Part shown: positions 1-8,220 of the stretch, piece after piece
Position numbering within the stretch: the first letter of the stretch is position 1
Layout of the letters: every line of letters begins with the position of its first letter
DNA from: a virus
Reading direction: 5' to 3' (one strand)
DNA: 64,000 nucleotides
Virus record (IMG/VR): IMGVR_UViG_3300035703_000021
Coordinates: 64,001-128,000 of that record
Program-made: the position numbers and the translations under genes
Notes under the pieces: model-generated
Told to the model about the DNA's origin: nothing
Databases searched by the model: none
What the model saw: the letters and a program-made list of their open reading frames with translations, nothing else

Positions 1-74
1 AGTGATATGGGCCTGGTGGGGGCTAATCGCGGCTACACAGGAAGTACTACAAAGTACCTATAGACGTTACAATA

Positions 75-83
75 TGGTATAAT
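75..83 (+). promoter_or_regulatory. Extended -10 (TGnTATAAT) sigma70-type promoter for thioredoxin-sigma-DUF3223 operon
   Basis: TGGTATAAT ending 37 nt before the ATG at 120. Confidence 0.65.
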
Positions 84-119
84 ACGTAGCGTATTACCCC
101 TTGCAAGGATACAAAAATT

Positions 120-440
120 ATGACAGATCAACAATTCAGATACAGAGTTGTTTTCTTCCAGCAGCCAGGTTGCGTGGCCTGTAACACGATGAAGCCTGTG
201 TGGGTCGATGCCGCCAACGAGCTCTCCGAGGAGTACCCGCACTACTCCATCGGGTTCGGCGAGTGGGATGTCACGTCCGATAACTGGGCGTTCTGCGACC
301 AGATCGAGTGCGATGGCACACCGAATTTCGCTGTGTTCGACGATGAGGCTGAGCTCCTAGGCCTAAATACCGATGGGATTCTGGCGAAGACACAACTCAA
401 GGACTTCATCATCAGCGCCATAGAAGAAGTTAGAGAATGA
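120..440 (+). CDS. Thioredoxin-fold protein
   Basis: VVFFQQPGCVACNTMKP CxxC motif, later GTPNF cis-Pro motif, 106 aa. Confidence 0.85.
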   Translation: MTDQQFRYRVVFFQQPGCVACNTMKPVWVDAANELSEEYPHYSIGFGEWDVTSDNWAFCDQIECDGTPNFAVFDDEAELLGLNTDGILAKTQLKDFIISAIEEVRE

Positions 441-1189
441 CAGCGAACTACACAGCCAAGCCTAGAAGAAGCTCCTGCCGCGAGACGGAACGAGACAAGC
501 AGATCATCTCGCAGATGTGGAAGGCTAATCAGGTGGCCAGAAAGATCTCCAGTTTTACCGGGTTGCCATACGAGGAGCTTAGGGACGCCGCGCTCGAGTA
601 CATCGTACGTATCTACGATTCCTGGGACCAGAGTAAGGGCGCCAACTTCTCCACATGGGTGAATAGGTGCTTGCAGTTCCACATGCTGAACTATCTTCGC
701 GACAACTCCCGCCTCGTGAAGATTCCTCGCTCGTACTCCGATCTCTACCTCAAGATCCGTAAGTACATCATCGAAGACCCGGACATCACGGACGACCAGA
801 TCGCGGAGAAAGTGCAGGTGTCGGTGAAGAAGATCCGGGCTGTGCGCCAGGCCTTCTCGATGAGCTTCTCGCAGATCACCGAGTACTCCAATGTGATCGA
901 GCCGGATTACGAGACCGAGCTTACAATGGGCGATCTGATGACCTCCCATAAGGACCTGCTGCATAAGATCACAGACCTCGAGCCGGATGACGAGACTTTT
1001 CTCACGGACTACCTCGTGAAGAAGAGAAGCGTCTCCACCCTGCTTCGTAAGAACCCTCACCTTCGTAACGCGGAAGACATCAGACGCTACTCGGAGCAGC
1101 TTATAGAATTTATCCTATGCGACACTCCGTATCCATCCAAGATCATACCTACACCAAAAGTGGCTTCGAGAAAAAGTGGAGCGAAGTAA
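437..1189 (+). CDS. RNA polymerase sigma factor, SigB/F/G-like group 3 (candidate late sigma)
   Basis: Region 2 YDSWDQSKGANFSTWV...NYLRDNSRLVKIPR; region 3 HTH TDDQIAEKVQVSVKKI; region 4 degenerate; ATGA overlap with thioredoxin. Confidence 0.88.
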   Translation: MTANYTAKPRRSSCRETERDKQIISQMWKANQVARKISSFTGLPYEELRDAALEYIVRIYDSWDQSKGANFSTWVNRCLQFHMLNYLRDNSRLVKIPRSYSDLYLKIRKYIIEDPDITDDQIAEKVQVSVKKIRAVRQAFSMSFSQITEYSNVIEPDYETELTMGDLMTSHKDLLHKITDLEPDDETFLTDYLVKKRSVSTLLRKNPHLRNAEDIRRYSEQLIEFILCDTPYPSKIIPTPKVASRKSGAK

Positions 1190-1815
1190 CCTCGGCGACG
1201 GAGTGTAACTACTTCGTCAGGGGCGATGACGAGGCATTTCTCAACGCTGTGATCGATCTCGTGCCCAAGTGGAAGACGATCAAGGATCGTGGTCCGGTAC
1301 GTTACAAGATCCGCAATAAGAAGTTCCAGGGCAGGCCTGTGAAAGGGATCGTTATGATCACTTCCAGGTCGAAGAGAGAGGTGTGGCTAGGAAAGGGCCA
1401 GGTGGTGGGAGCGTTATTCCCGCGCACCGTGGAAGTACCCGAGTACAAGCAGAACAAGAAAGACGCTCTTGTGGCCATGAGGCAGATCATAGATCCTCAG
1501 ATCAAGACATTCAGAATGAGTGTACTTCGCCAGCTCAAAAAGAAACCGATGCGGTGCCCCGTGAAAGGTGACTTTATCGAAGCTGCGGAGTTCCACATCG
1601 ACCATAAGTACCCGTTCAAGAACCTTGTAGAGGAGTGGTGCAGGGACGAGAAGGTGGATCTGGAGAGGGTTGATGTGTACTGCAGGGGGACAAAGTGTTA
1701 CTTCAAGGACACCGATCTCGCCGAGAGATGGTTCGACTACCACATGATGAACGCACAGCTTCAGGTACTCAGCGCCAAGGCCAATCTGGAAAAAGGCTCT
1801 AAGTACTTCGGTTAG
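1117..1815 (+). CDS. DCL/DUF3223-like protein with C-terminal HNH-like domain
   Basis: GDDEAFLNAVIDLVPKW resembles the DCL helix; AMRQIIDPQI..CPVKG..FHIDHKYPF..WFDYH...LQVLSAKANL resembles an HNH-type core. Confidence 0.55.
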   Translation: MRHSVSIQDHTYTKSGFEKKWSEVTSATECNYFVRGDDEAFLNAVIDLVPKWKTIKDRGPVRYKIRNKKFQGRPVKGIVMITSRSKREVWLGKGQVVGALFPRTVEVPEYKQNKKDALVAMRQIIDPQIKTFRMSVLRQLKKKPMRCPVKGDFIEAAEFHIDHKYPFKNLVEEWCRDEKVDLERVDVYCRGTKCYFKDTDLAERWFDYHMMNAQLQVLSAKANLEKGSKYFG

Positions 1816-2507
1816 CGCTTACGCTTCTTCTTCTTGCTGCTCTTAGGAGCAGATCTGGCGGGAGCAAAACCACCACCCCCGGATCTCTCGGCTATCTCAT
1901 CACCCACACCGGTGAACTTCAGGTTGGCGACTTCGGAGCTCAGATCGACATCATCGAACATCACATTGAATATCTCCAACGCCGCGTCAGCCAGCATATT
2001 CTCCAAGCCCTGAGTTGTCTTTGCCCCAGTCAACCAGGGCTTTCTCCTATCCACGCCCGCCGCGTAGCCCATGGTATTAAGCACCTCGTAGACTCCCTGG
2101 CTCCTACGGTTTACAAGGTGGGCGCCGTAGAGCCTTCCGGTGATGATCCGTACGCCCTCCTCCCTGTACCTTCTCTTGAGGAATTGAATAACCGCGCCGT
2201 CGGGGTTCTGGGCCTCCAGATACCCCTCGAGTTCCTTGATGGCATTCTCAGCGCGCATGACGAGCGCCTCGCCAGGGCGACCTTTGTACTCCACTTCGAC
2301 GTTGGCCTCGCCCAGAGCCCTGATGTACTGCGAGAAGTTATACTCTACCTCCTCGGTGTATTTTTCCGCAACGTGGGCGAGCATGGCTTTCCTCACGCCT
2401 TCCATTTGAGCCTGGAGGATCTGGGATTTGGCGGTCTCCATGATCTGCTTCTTCGAGCTGGAGAGCACCGAGCCCATGATGGCTGAGGCTAGGGCTCGGT
2501 AGATCAT
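1812..2507 (-). CDS. Putative virion morphogenesis / tail completion protein (Mu gpG / HK97 gp10-like)
   Basis: ITGRLYGAH...VLNTMGYAAGV.RRKPWL resembles the TGRL..S...N..YAA...RPFL signature; basic C-terminus. Confidence 0.5.
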   Translation of the reverse strand: MIYRALASAIMGSVLSSSKKQIMETAKSQILQAQMEGVRKAMLAHVAEKYTEEVEYNFSQYIRALGEANVEVEYKGRPGEALVMRAENAIKELEGYLEAQNPDGAVIQFLKRRYREEGVRIITGRLYGAHLVNRRSQGVYEVLNTMGYAAGVDRRKPWLTGAKTTQGLENMLADAALEIFNVMFDDVDLSSEVANLKFTGVGDEIAERSGGGGFAPARSAPKSSKKKKRKR

Positions 2508-5500
2508 GATGGTTTATCGCATTTTATCTGCTTTACGATCTGCTCGGCAAATTGCTGACGTTTTGCTATACCTCCGCTGGCCACCTCGTACTGCCTCCTC
2601 CAGATCTCTGCGGCGGCGGACGCTGACGTAGCGCTGTTCATAGCCTGTACCGTACCTCCGCCTCTTTGCTTGATGTCCTGTACCATAAACTCGAGCTGGC
2701 ACTGCAGGGTGCTGGTCTGCCCACACTTCTGAATTGCCCGTATTTTTCTGGACCCTCCCCACTGCGCGAGTCCGTAGCATTTTTCAGGGACACCTGAGTC
2801 GGTTTTGCAGGTTACGCCTTGGATGGAGGTGTTGTGAACGTTGGGGTTGAAGTTACTCTCCTCTTGTAGATTGCCAAGTGCTCCGGCAAAAGCGTTAGGA
2901 GTGTTCAATCCGGCAGAGTATAGGGCGTTGATAATAGAGTCCTTTGTCCCGTCCCCTGTTTTGCAGTTTGCCTGGGGAAAGGACGTGGAGGTATCGCTTG
3001 GAGACGTGGAGTCACTGCCCTGGCTGAGGAAGGTGCTGAGCGCTTGGGCCTCGGGGCAACGTTCCTCGGTTGAGTCCTTGCCACTCTCGGTTATCCAGTT
3101 CAGTTCGCCTATCGACCGGATGTAGTCGTAGTAGTTGGACGAGATCTTGGCGTCTCCGCTTTTCCGCATGCTCTTCAGGTAATTTTGGAAGGTAGGTACT
3201 GTGGTTTTTATTGTTCCCCAGGCTGTGACTCCCTCGATCTGAACCCTCAGATCCCCCTCACGCCACCTGTACTCGCACTCACTCACGAACCAGTTCTTGA
3301 AGCGATTAGCGATCCAGACGCCCGGATCTCTGCTGGCCGGTCTGCCCTCTTCCACCCACGCGTCGTAGTCGGTGATGAAGGACAGGATAGTGCGGCCCGG
3401 GATGATACGCAGGGCTCTGGGCACTCCTTTGAAGCTCGTCTCGACCATAAGGCCGGAGGTTGTTGGTGAGCCCTGTATGGTCGGGTTATTCTTACCCCCT
3501 CCGGAGGAGGTAGAGAGACCTGCGATGTTTGGCGGAATAGACTTATCCTGTAGGTGCGCGAGGATCATCTCCTTGCCATCGGGACGTTTTATGATTACGG
3601 CGTTCCCGTATCCTCTCCAGTTTTCTTTGGTTTCCACGATCGTCGCCCCTCCAGTAACAGAGACTGGCTGACCGTTTATGTTCTCGCCGCCGGGTCCGGG
3701 TCCGGAGAAGTCTATACCGTAATGCATTCCCCCAGTTCTAGGACCGTAGGGTGAGTAAACGCCCCAAGCGCTGGCCGGTTTGCCCGCGATAAGAACATAC
3801 GGATCAACATCGGCTGCGGTAATAGGTTGCCCCCGGCCTCCGGGTTGAGTAAATGGGCCAAGCTCGGCGTGAAGGTGGGGACCACTGGACTCCCCGGTAG
3901 ATCCTACTCTACCAACATTGATCGAAGACGCCGCGGACGCAGACGCGGAAGAAGCAGCACCAGCAGCAGTAGTTCCAGTCCGAGCCTTTTCGGCGGCGAT
4001 GGCCCGCATTACCGGATCGCCTAATTGAGCATACAACTTCTCTCTCGTGGCTGGGTCAGAGGACCTAGACGCCGTTAACGTGGCGCTGTCCATCCTACCC
4101 AACTCTACGATCGTAACTCCCCTATCACCGGCACCAAGACACCCGGAGTGGTTCTTACCAAATGCTCCATATGAGGAGGCCAGAGTGTCATCTAGAACTC
4201 CGATGTTATTAGCGTACCTACCGCACGGAGGTATGACACCGGAGCTTCCACTCGCTTGGTCCATGTGCAGATCGATGGCTTTACCACCCGCATCAACAAC
4301 TTTTTTACCCTGAGTCCAAAGTGCGTTGGGATTATTAACGTCTGAGATATTTGTTGTTGAAGATGGTATGTTAAACTCTACGTACCCCTGAAGACCGTAC
4401 TTGGATACATTTCTCTGCATCCAAAGCGCTACCTCCCTCACCAGAGCCTTCTCCCCAGCGGCACCGGTCTGACCTGTGGTGATGTCTCCGTGGCCGGGGG
4501 TAATCAGTACCTTATTAGGTTTCTGGGTGTTATTAGCGCTCCAGTCCTTAAGATTCGCTTTCGGGGCTGCGGGTACCACCGCACCGACCGGAGATGTCGT
4601 AGGAGCGTTACTGGTAACAGAGGGAGAAGGAGCGGGTGGTATCTCGGTCTCGGGGAACGCCCAGTCCCATACGATCTTAGGGTTCAAGGTCGTTACCTGG
4701 CCGCTGTGCCCAACAATATAGAACCGGACAAACTCTTTCTTCTCGGAGGTGGATGTACCGATCTCCTGATTGATCTCGACTTTGTCCTTAGCCTTCACCT
4801 TCACCGTGGTGAGACCTGTGGACTCCTGGAGGATGGGTCTGTAGAAGCACTTCTTACTCCCCTCCTTCTCGCAGATATGCAGGGAGAAGTTGGTCTTGAT
4901 GAGAATGCGACCGTCGGCCTGGCTTGCCTCCTGTACATCACCGCTCAGAAACGAGATGGAAGTGGTGCCGTTGGGAGCAACACCGAACAGATTCAGGCCA
5001 TCCTTACTTATCTTTGTGGCCTCCTCGTTGATGACTTGGATGCCCTTGGTGTTGGCGGACGCGGACTGCTGGTCACGCCACACGTACCCGGTGGCCGTAG
5101 GCGCCCCTTTAACGTTCTTTGGTACCTTCTCGAAGAGCCCTGGAAAGTTGACCTTCTTGACCTTCTCCATCGCCTTCTTTCTCTTTTGGGGTGCTACGTC
5201 GCCGATGAAGTAGGTACTAGCCTTGAAGGCCTCGGAGACGTACGGGTCTTTATTATTTATCCTGGAGGCCATCCCGGCGTTGAGGGCCAGGGCCGTAAGC
5301 TCCGGCTGACCGGAGATCTCGTAGCCTTCGTAGAGTCCCTTGCCGAGGTAGAACACTGAGCACCCTTGGTCCACTTCGCCACGGGTGCACATCGAGATCT
5401 TGTTAGCGTACTCGCGGATGGGCAGGGAGAGCGAATTGCCGTTGACGGAGTCAAGGACTTTTTTGATAGCTTCGCCGGTAGTTATACCCGTGTAACGCAC

Positions 5501-6208
5501 AGTGCGCGGGAGTATTCTCTTTCTCTCCGGCTCCGAGTTGGAGTTAGCGCAGAACGATACGGAGTAACCCAGGCTCTCGGCGAGCTTCTTGAGCGCCTGC
5601 TCGATCTCAACGCCCTCGTCGAGGGTCATATTCACGAGGGACTGGTTGAATATCACCGACCGAGCTTCCACTCCGCGAATGGTGACGCTTGGGTACTTGG
5701 TCCCGTGGGAGACCGAGAATCCGCTCACGCGAAAGTAGAAGTCGGTGCCAAAAGACGTTCCCTTCACATCGTACCACAACGACACGAGGAGGAACGGGAA
5801 GTTCTTGATCCCAAGCCCGGAGGAGTCCTCGCCTTCGACCGCCGTGTCTACGTACTTGAAGCACTTATCAACGTACGGGTCCTGGCCTTCCTCGCATGGT
5901 GGCAGAAGAATGTTATTTGCCGCGGCTACGTTGGCCTGAGTGTACAGCTGTGCGGCGTCAAACAAAGCCGGCCAAGCCAGCCCGGTTAGGTACGGATCGG
6001 AGATGGTTACCGAGCATGTCGACTGCGAGAGGGCGTTAGTGGCCGCGGTGGCGGGTGTAGAAGCGTTCGCGTTGGCAAAGGCTAGATTGGGTTGCCACTT
6101 CAGTTTTACGCTCAGCTCCTGAACCTGTCTCTCATCGAAGACGATAAGCTGCTCCGACCCGTACGGTCTATAACCTACGCGTGCTCGGCAGCGATACAGA
6201 CTCGACAC
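2504..6208 (-). CDS. Baseplate hub / tail-associated lysin: hub fold + degenerate M23 + Amidase_3 + permuted M23 + phage tail lysozyme
   Basis: N-terminal CSVTISDP..FRVSGFSVSHG..VTIRG hub pattern; VLITPGHG..GEK..DLHMD..IVELG amidase; GPHLH, HYGID, GYGN, AHL M23 motifs; AGALGNLQEESNFNP..GLAQW..QLEF..YE lysozyme. Confidence 0.8.
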   Translation of the reverse strand: MSSLYRCRARVGYRPYGSEQLIVFDERQVQELSVKLKWQPNLAFANANASTPATAATNALSQSTCSVTISDPYLTGLAWPALFDAAQLYTQANVAAANNILLPPCEEGQDPYVDKCFKYVDTAVEGEDSSGLGIKNFPFLLVSLWYDVKGTSFGTDFYFRVSGFSVSHGTKYPSVTIRGVEARSVIFNQSLVNMTLDEGVEIEQALKKLAESLGYSVSFCANSNSEPERKRILPRTVRYTGITTGEAIKKVLDSVNGNSLSLPIREYANKISMCTRGEVDQGCSVFYLGKGLYEGYEISGQPELTALALNAGMASRINNKDPYVSEAFKASTYFIGDVAPQKRKKAMEKVKKVNFPGLFEKVPKNVKGAPTATGYVWRDQQSASANTKGIQVINEEATKISKDGLNLFGVAPNGTTSISFLSGDVQEASQADGRILIKTNFSLHICEKEGSKKCFYRPILQESTGLTTVKVKAKDKVEINQEIGTSTSEKKEFVRFYIVGHSGQVTTLNPKIVWDWAFPETEIPPAPSPSVTSNAPTTSPVGAVVPAAPKANLKDWSANNTQKPNKVLITPGHGDITTGQTGAAGEKALVREVALWMQRNVSKYGLQGYVEFNIPSSTTNISDVNNPNALWTQGKKVVDAGGKAIDLHMDQASGSSGVIPPCGRYANNIGVLDDTLASSYGAFGKNHSGCLGAGDRGVTIVELGRMDSATLTASRSSDPATREKLYAQLGDPVMRAIAAEKARTGTTAAGAASSASASAASSINVGRVGSTGESSGPHLHAELGPFTQPGGRGQPITAADVDPYVLIAGKPASAWGVYSPYGPRTGGMHYGIDFSGPGPGGENINGQPVSVTGGATIVETKENWRGYGNAVIIKRPDGKEMILAHLQDKSIPPNIAGLSTSSGGGKNNPTIQGSPTTSGLMVETSFKGVPRALRIIPGRTILSFITDYDAWVEEGRPASRDPGVWIANRFKNWFVSECEYRWREGDLRVQIEGVTAWGTIKTTVPTFQNYLKSMRKSGDAKISSNYYDYIRSIGELNWITESGKDSTEERCPEAQALSTFLSQGSDSTSPSDTSTSFPQANCKTGDGTKDSIINALYSAGLNTPNAFAGALGNLQEESNFNPNVHNTSIQGVTCKTDSGVPEKCYGLAQWGGSRKIRAIQKCGQTSTLQCQLEFMVQDIKQRGGGTVQAMNSATSASAAAEIWRRQYEVASGGIAKRQQFAEQIVKQIKCDKPS

Positions 6209-6220
6209 ATCTTGCTCTTA

Positions 6221-6952
6221 TCAGGCGACGGCAACGACCGTGGCCAGAGCCGCGGTCTTCTGAGTAGCGCCGGTGGAGACGGCGGTGTTGACATTGAGAG
6301 CAACAACCTGACCGACCTTGAACCCACCACCGGCTGTGGTAATGGCTCCGATCGCGGTGATCTTGCCGGCTGTGACGGTGGCGGTGGCCACACCGAAGGC
6401 GTAACCTGCGGGATTGGTAGTCTCTGTCGACTCGATCTTGACCGACACTGTGCCGGAAGTCGCGGTGCCGTCTGTCGTGTAGCCGCTTCCCTGCTTAGTG
6501 AGCGAGAGGGTCACCAGGCCACCAACCGGAGCCTGTGGAGCGGGAACGACCTCGGCGATGATCGCGGAGATGACCTCGGCTAGGTTGAATGTCGCGACCA
6601 TGAAGTGGAAATCCTCCTCTCCCTCCATGCCGACGTAGCGGGTGACGTTCACGAGCAGGGCATTGATGGCTGCCTTGTCAGCGGCGGGGACATCGGCGTT
6701 AGCGTTGAGCGCTTCGCAGATATACTCGAGCAGGCCGTAGGCAAATTTCTTAGCCTCGAAGCCCATCGTGGGGCCGGCTTTAACAAACGAGTCGTAGAGA
6801 GCAAGGCGGTTAGCCGCTGTGTTCGAGCCGTTGGAGTAGGACGAGACAAGAGCGTCTGTGCGAGCCTCGTTCAGAAATTCCTGGAGCTTAATCTTGTACT
6901 CGAATTGGATTCCGAGTGTGCGATGTAGACCCTGGTTAAGAATAGTAGCCAT
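6221..6952 (-). CDS. Probable virion structural protein (GSGYT-type beta domain at C-terminus)
   Basis: 243 aa; QGSGYT..ATATVTAGKITAI..TAGGGFKVG; preceded by the late motif and GGAG-free short leader with a hairpin. Confidence 0.55.
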   Translation of the reverse strand: MATILNQGLHRTLGIQFEYKIKLQEFLNEARTDALVSSYSNGSNTAANRLALYDSFVKAGPTMGFEAKKFAYGLLEYICEALNANADVPAADKAAINALLVNVTRYVGMEGEEDFHFMVATFNLAEVISAIIAEVVPAPQAPVGGLVTLSLTKQGSGYTTDGTATSGTVSVKIESTETTNPAGYAFGVATATVTAGKITAIGAITTAGGGFKVGQVVALNVNTAVSTGATQKTAALATVVAVA

Positions 6953-7003
6953 GGTGGAGTAATACTTCCAGATGCCCTCTGTCGTAGGGCGTAATCGATA
7001 TAT

Positions 7004-7011
7004 CTTTAAAC
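7004..7011 (-). promoter_or_regulatory. Late-type element GTTTAAAG
   Basis: 59 nt upstream of ATG 6952; overlaps the stop codon of the kinase gene. Confidence 0.55.
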
Positions 7012-7593
7012 AGGGATAAGGCGATCGAGCAGGTTAAAGTCCCGGTCGGTGTCGCGAAGGACGGTGTGAGGGAGAAGGGAGTAGTGGTTGAGGTAGTTGT
7101 GCATGTAGTCGTAGTAAGCGTAGTGCTCGGCTTCCCGCGCTTTCATCTTATTCTTGATCCACCAGGCCGTGGCGTCCGGGTACTCCTCGCGTACCTCGAT
7201 GAGGTGGTGAGGCTGGCTCCACTCCCACTCCCGCTCGAGAAGGAACACTTTTACGTCCGAACTACGCTCCAGGAAGTAAGACTCAGCGGCCTGGGCCCAC
7301 TCATGGGAGATGGTGATCCGCCTCCGAAACTCGTCGTAGAAGCAGACTTCAGAGAACCCCCGATCACACAGGATGAACTCCGGCATCGTCTCCAGAACGG
7401 AGTCGAAGGGCCCGATGTACTGCTCAATGGGGTTGGAGTGGTGGGGTTGGGGGCCGGAGAAGTGCAGAGCGGTGGCGTCAAGGTCCCTGCGCCGGAACCG
7501 CTCGAGGGTATTCTCGATGATGGTGGATTTGCCAACTCTGTCGGCTCCGAGCAGAACGACTGTGACGGGCTTGGGCATTGGAAGTGAGATCAT
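7006..7593 (-). CDS. Thymidylate kinase-like P-loop nucleotide kinase
   Basis: VVLLGADRVGKST P-loop and ILCDRGFSEVCFY (DR motif of dTMP/dNMP kinases). Confidence 0.75.
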   Translation of the reverse strand: MISLPMPKPVTVVLLGADRVGKSTIIENTLERFRRRDLDATALHFSGPQPHHSNPIEQYIGPFDSVLETMPEFILCDRGFSEVCFYDEFRRRITISHEWAQAAESYFLERSSDVKVFLLEREWEWSQPHHLIEVREEYPDATAWWIKNKMKAREAEHYAYYDYMHNYLNHYSLLPHTVLRDTDRDFNLLDRLIPV

Positions 7594-7602
7594 AGTAGTC
7601 GT

Positions 7603-7611
7603 ATTATATCA
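7603..7611 (-). promoter_or_regulatory. Extended -10 promoter TGATATAAT (near-leaderless kinase transcript)
   Basis: Minus strand reads TGATATAATACGACTACTATG. Confidence 0.65.
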
Positions 7612-7719
7612 TGGATAGTGGCTCGTGGTCAAGAGTGCGCGCTCGCGCGCTGGCGCCCGTAGCCCAGTGCATAGTAACTTTTTAACTATTACTTTTGACT
7701 AACGTACTAAAATACTAAA

Positions 7720-7727
7720 GTTTAAAG
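7720..7727 (+). promoter_or_regulatory. Late-type element GTTTAAAG
   Basis: 38 nt upstream of ATG 7758, in an AT-rich intergenic region. Confidence 0.65.
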
Positions 7728-7757
7728 TAGAGATATACGATCGCGCAGAGCCGGAAC

Positions 7758-8099
7758 ATGCCCGCCACCCCACAACCTCCTTTCCATCGCTGGGGAGTCA
7801 GATTCACAGCCGACTCCACTCATAACCTATCCTACCTCCAGACAGAGCACGACGAGAACGAGGATTTTGCCTACAGAGGGGAACTTTTCCTCAACGAGAC
7901 GCTGGACCAGGCGTACTACGTCGACAGCACCGGAGTGGCGAGGAAGTTGGGTGGCAGAGACCCGATCCCCTTCTCCCAGATCGACTTCACCGGGCTTCGT
8001 AACTTCGCCGACGACGCCGCAGCCGCCGCTGCTTCTCCCGCAGTGGCGCTGGGTGGGATGTATAGGACCGGAAGCACATTAAAGATCCGAGTGGTTTAA
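7758..8099 (+). CDS. Small fibre-like virion protein
   Basis: RGELFLNETLDQAYY resembles the GELA.N fibre N-domain; C-terminal FADDAAAAAA..LGGMYRTGSTLKIRV resembles a fibre-tip motif. Confidence 0.55.
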   Translation: MPATPQPPFHRWGVRFTADSTHNLSYLQTEHDENEDFAYRGELFLNETLDQAYYVDSTGVARKLGGRDPIPFSQIDFTGLRNFADDAAAAAASPAVALGGMYRTGSTLKIRVV

Positions 8100-8161
8100 A
8101 GATTGTCAGGATGTGAAAACACTTCTACATGTCCCATAAGCATGAGTCAGAGTGACCCGAA

Positions 8162-8195
8162 GGCCCGAGGAGTTAGTAACTCCCGGGTCTTTTTT
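8162..8195 (+). terminator. Intrinsic terminator between the 7758 gene and phoH
   Basis: GCCCG-A-GGAGTT agt AACTCC-CGGGT stem followed by CTTTTTT. Confidence 0.75.
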
Positions 8196-8220
8196 CGCAC
8201 CTACACTAGACGTAAATCTC

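Noticed and set aside
242-5989. Long antisense ORFs (242-1060 -, 4490-5359 +, 5366-5989 +) and similar shadows throughout the window
   Set aside because: They mirror well-supported genes and are expected from the codon bias of the sense strand; no motifs or start signals
8135-8165. Hammerhead-like ribozyme (ATGAGTC..GAC..GAA) in the phoH leader
   Set aside because: The CUGANGA and GAAA core nucleotides are not correctly present
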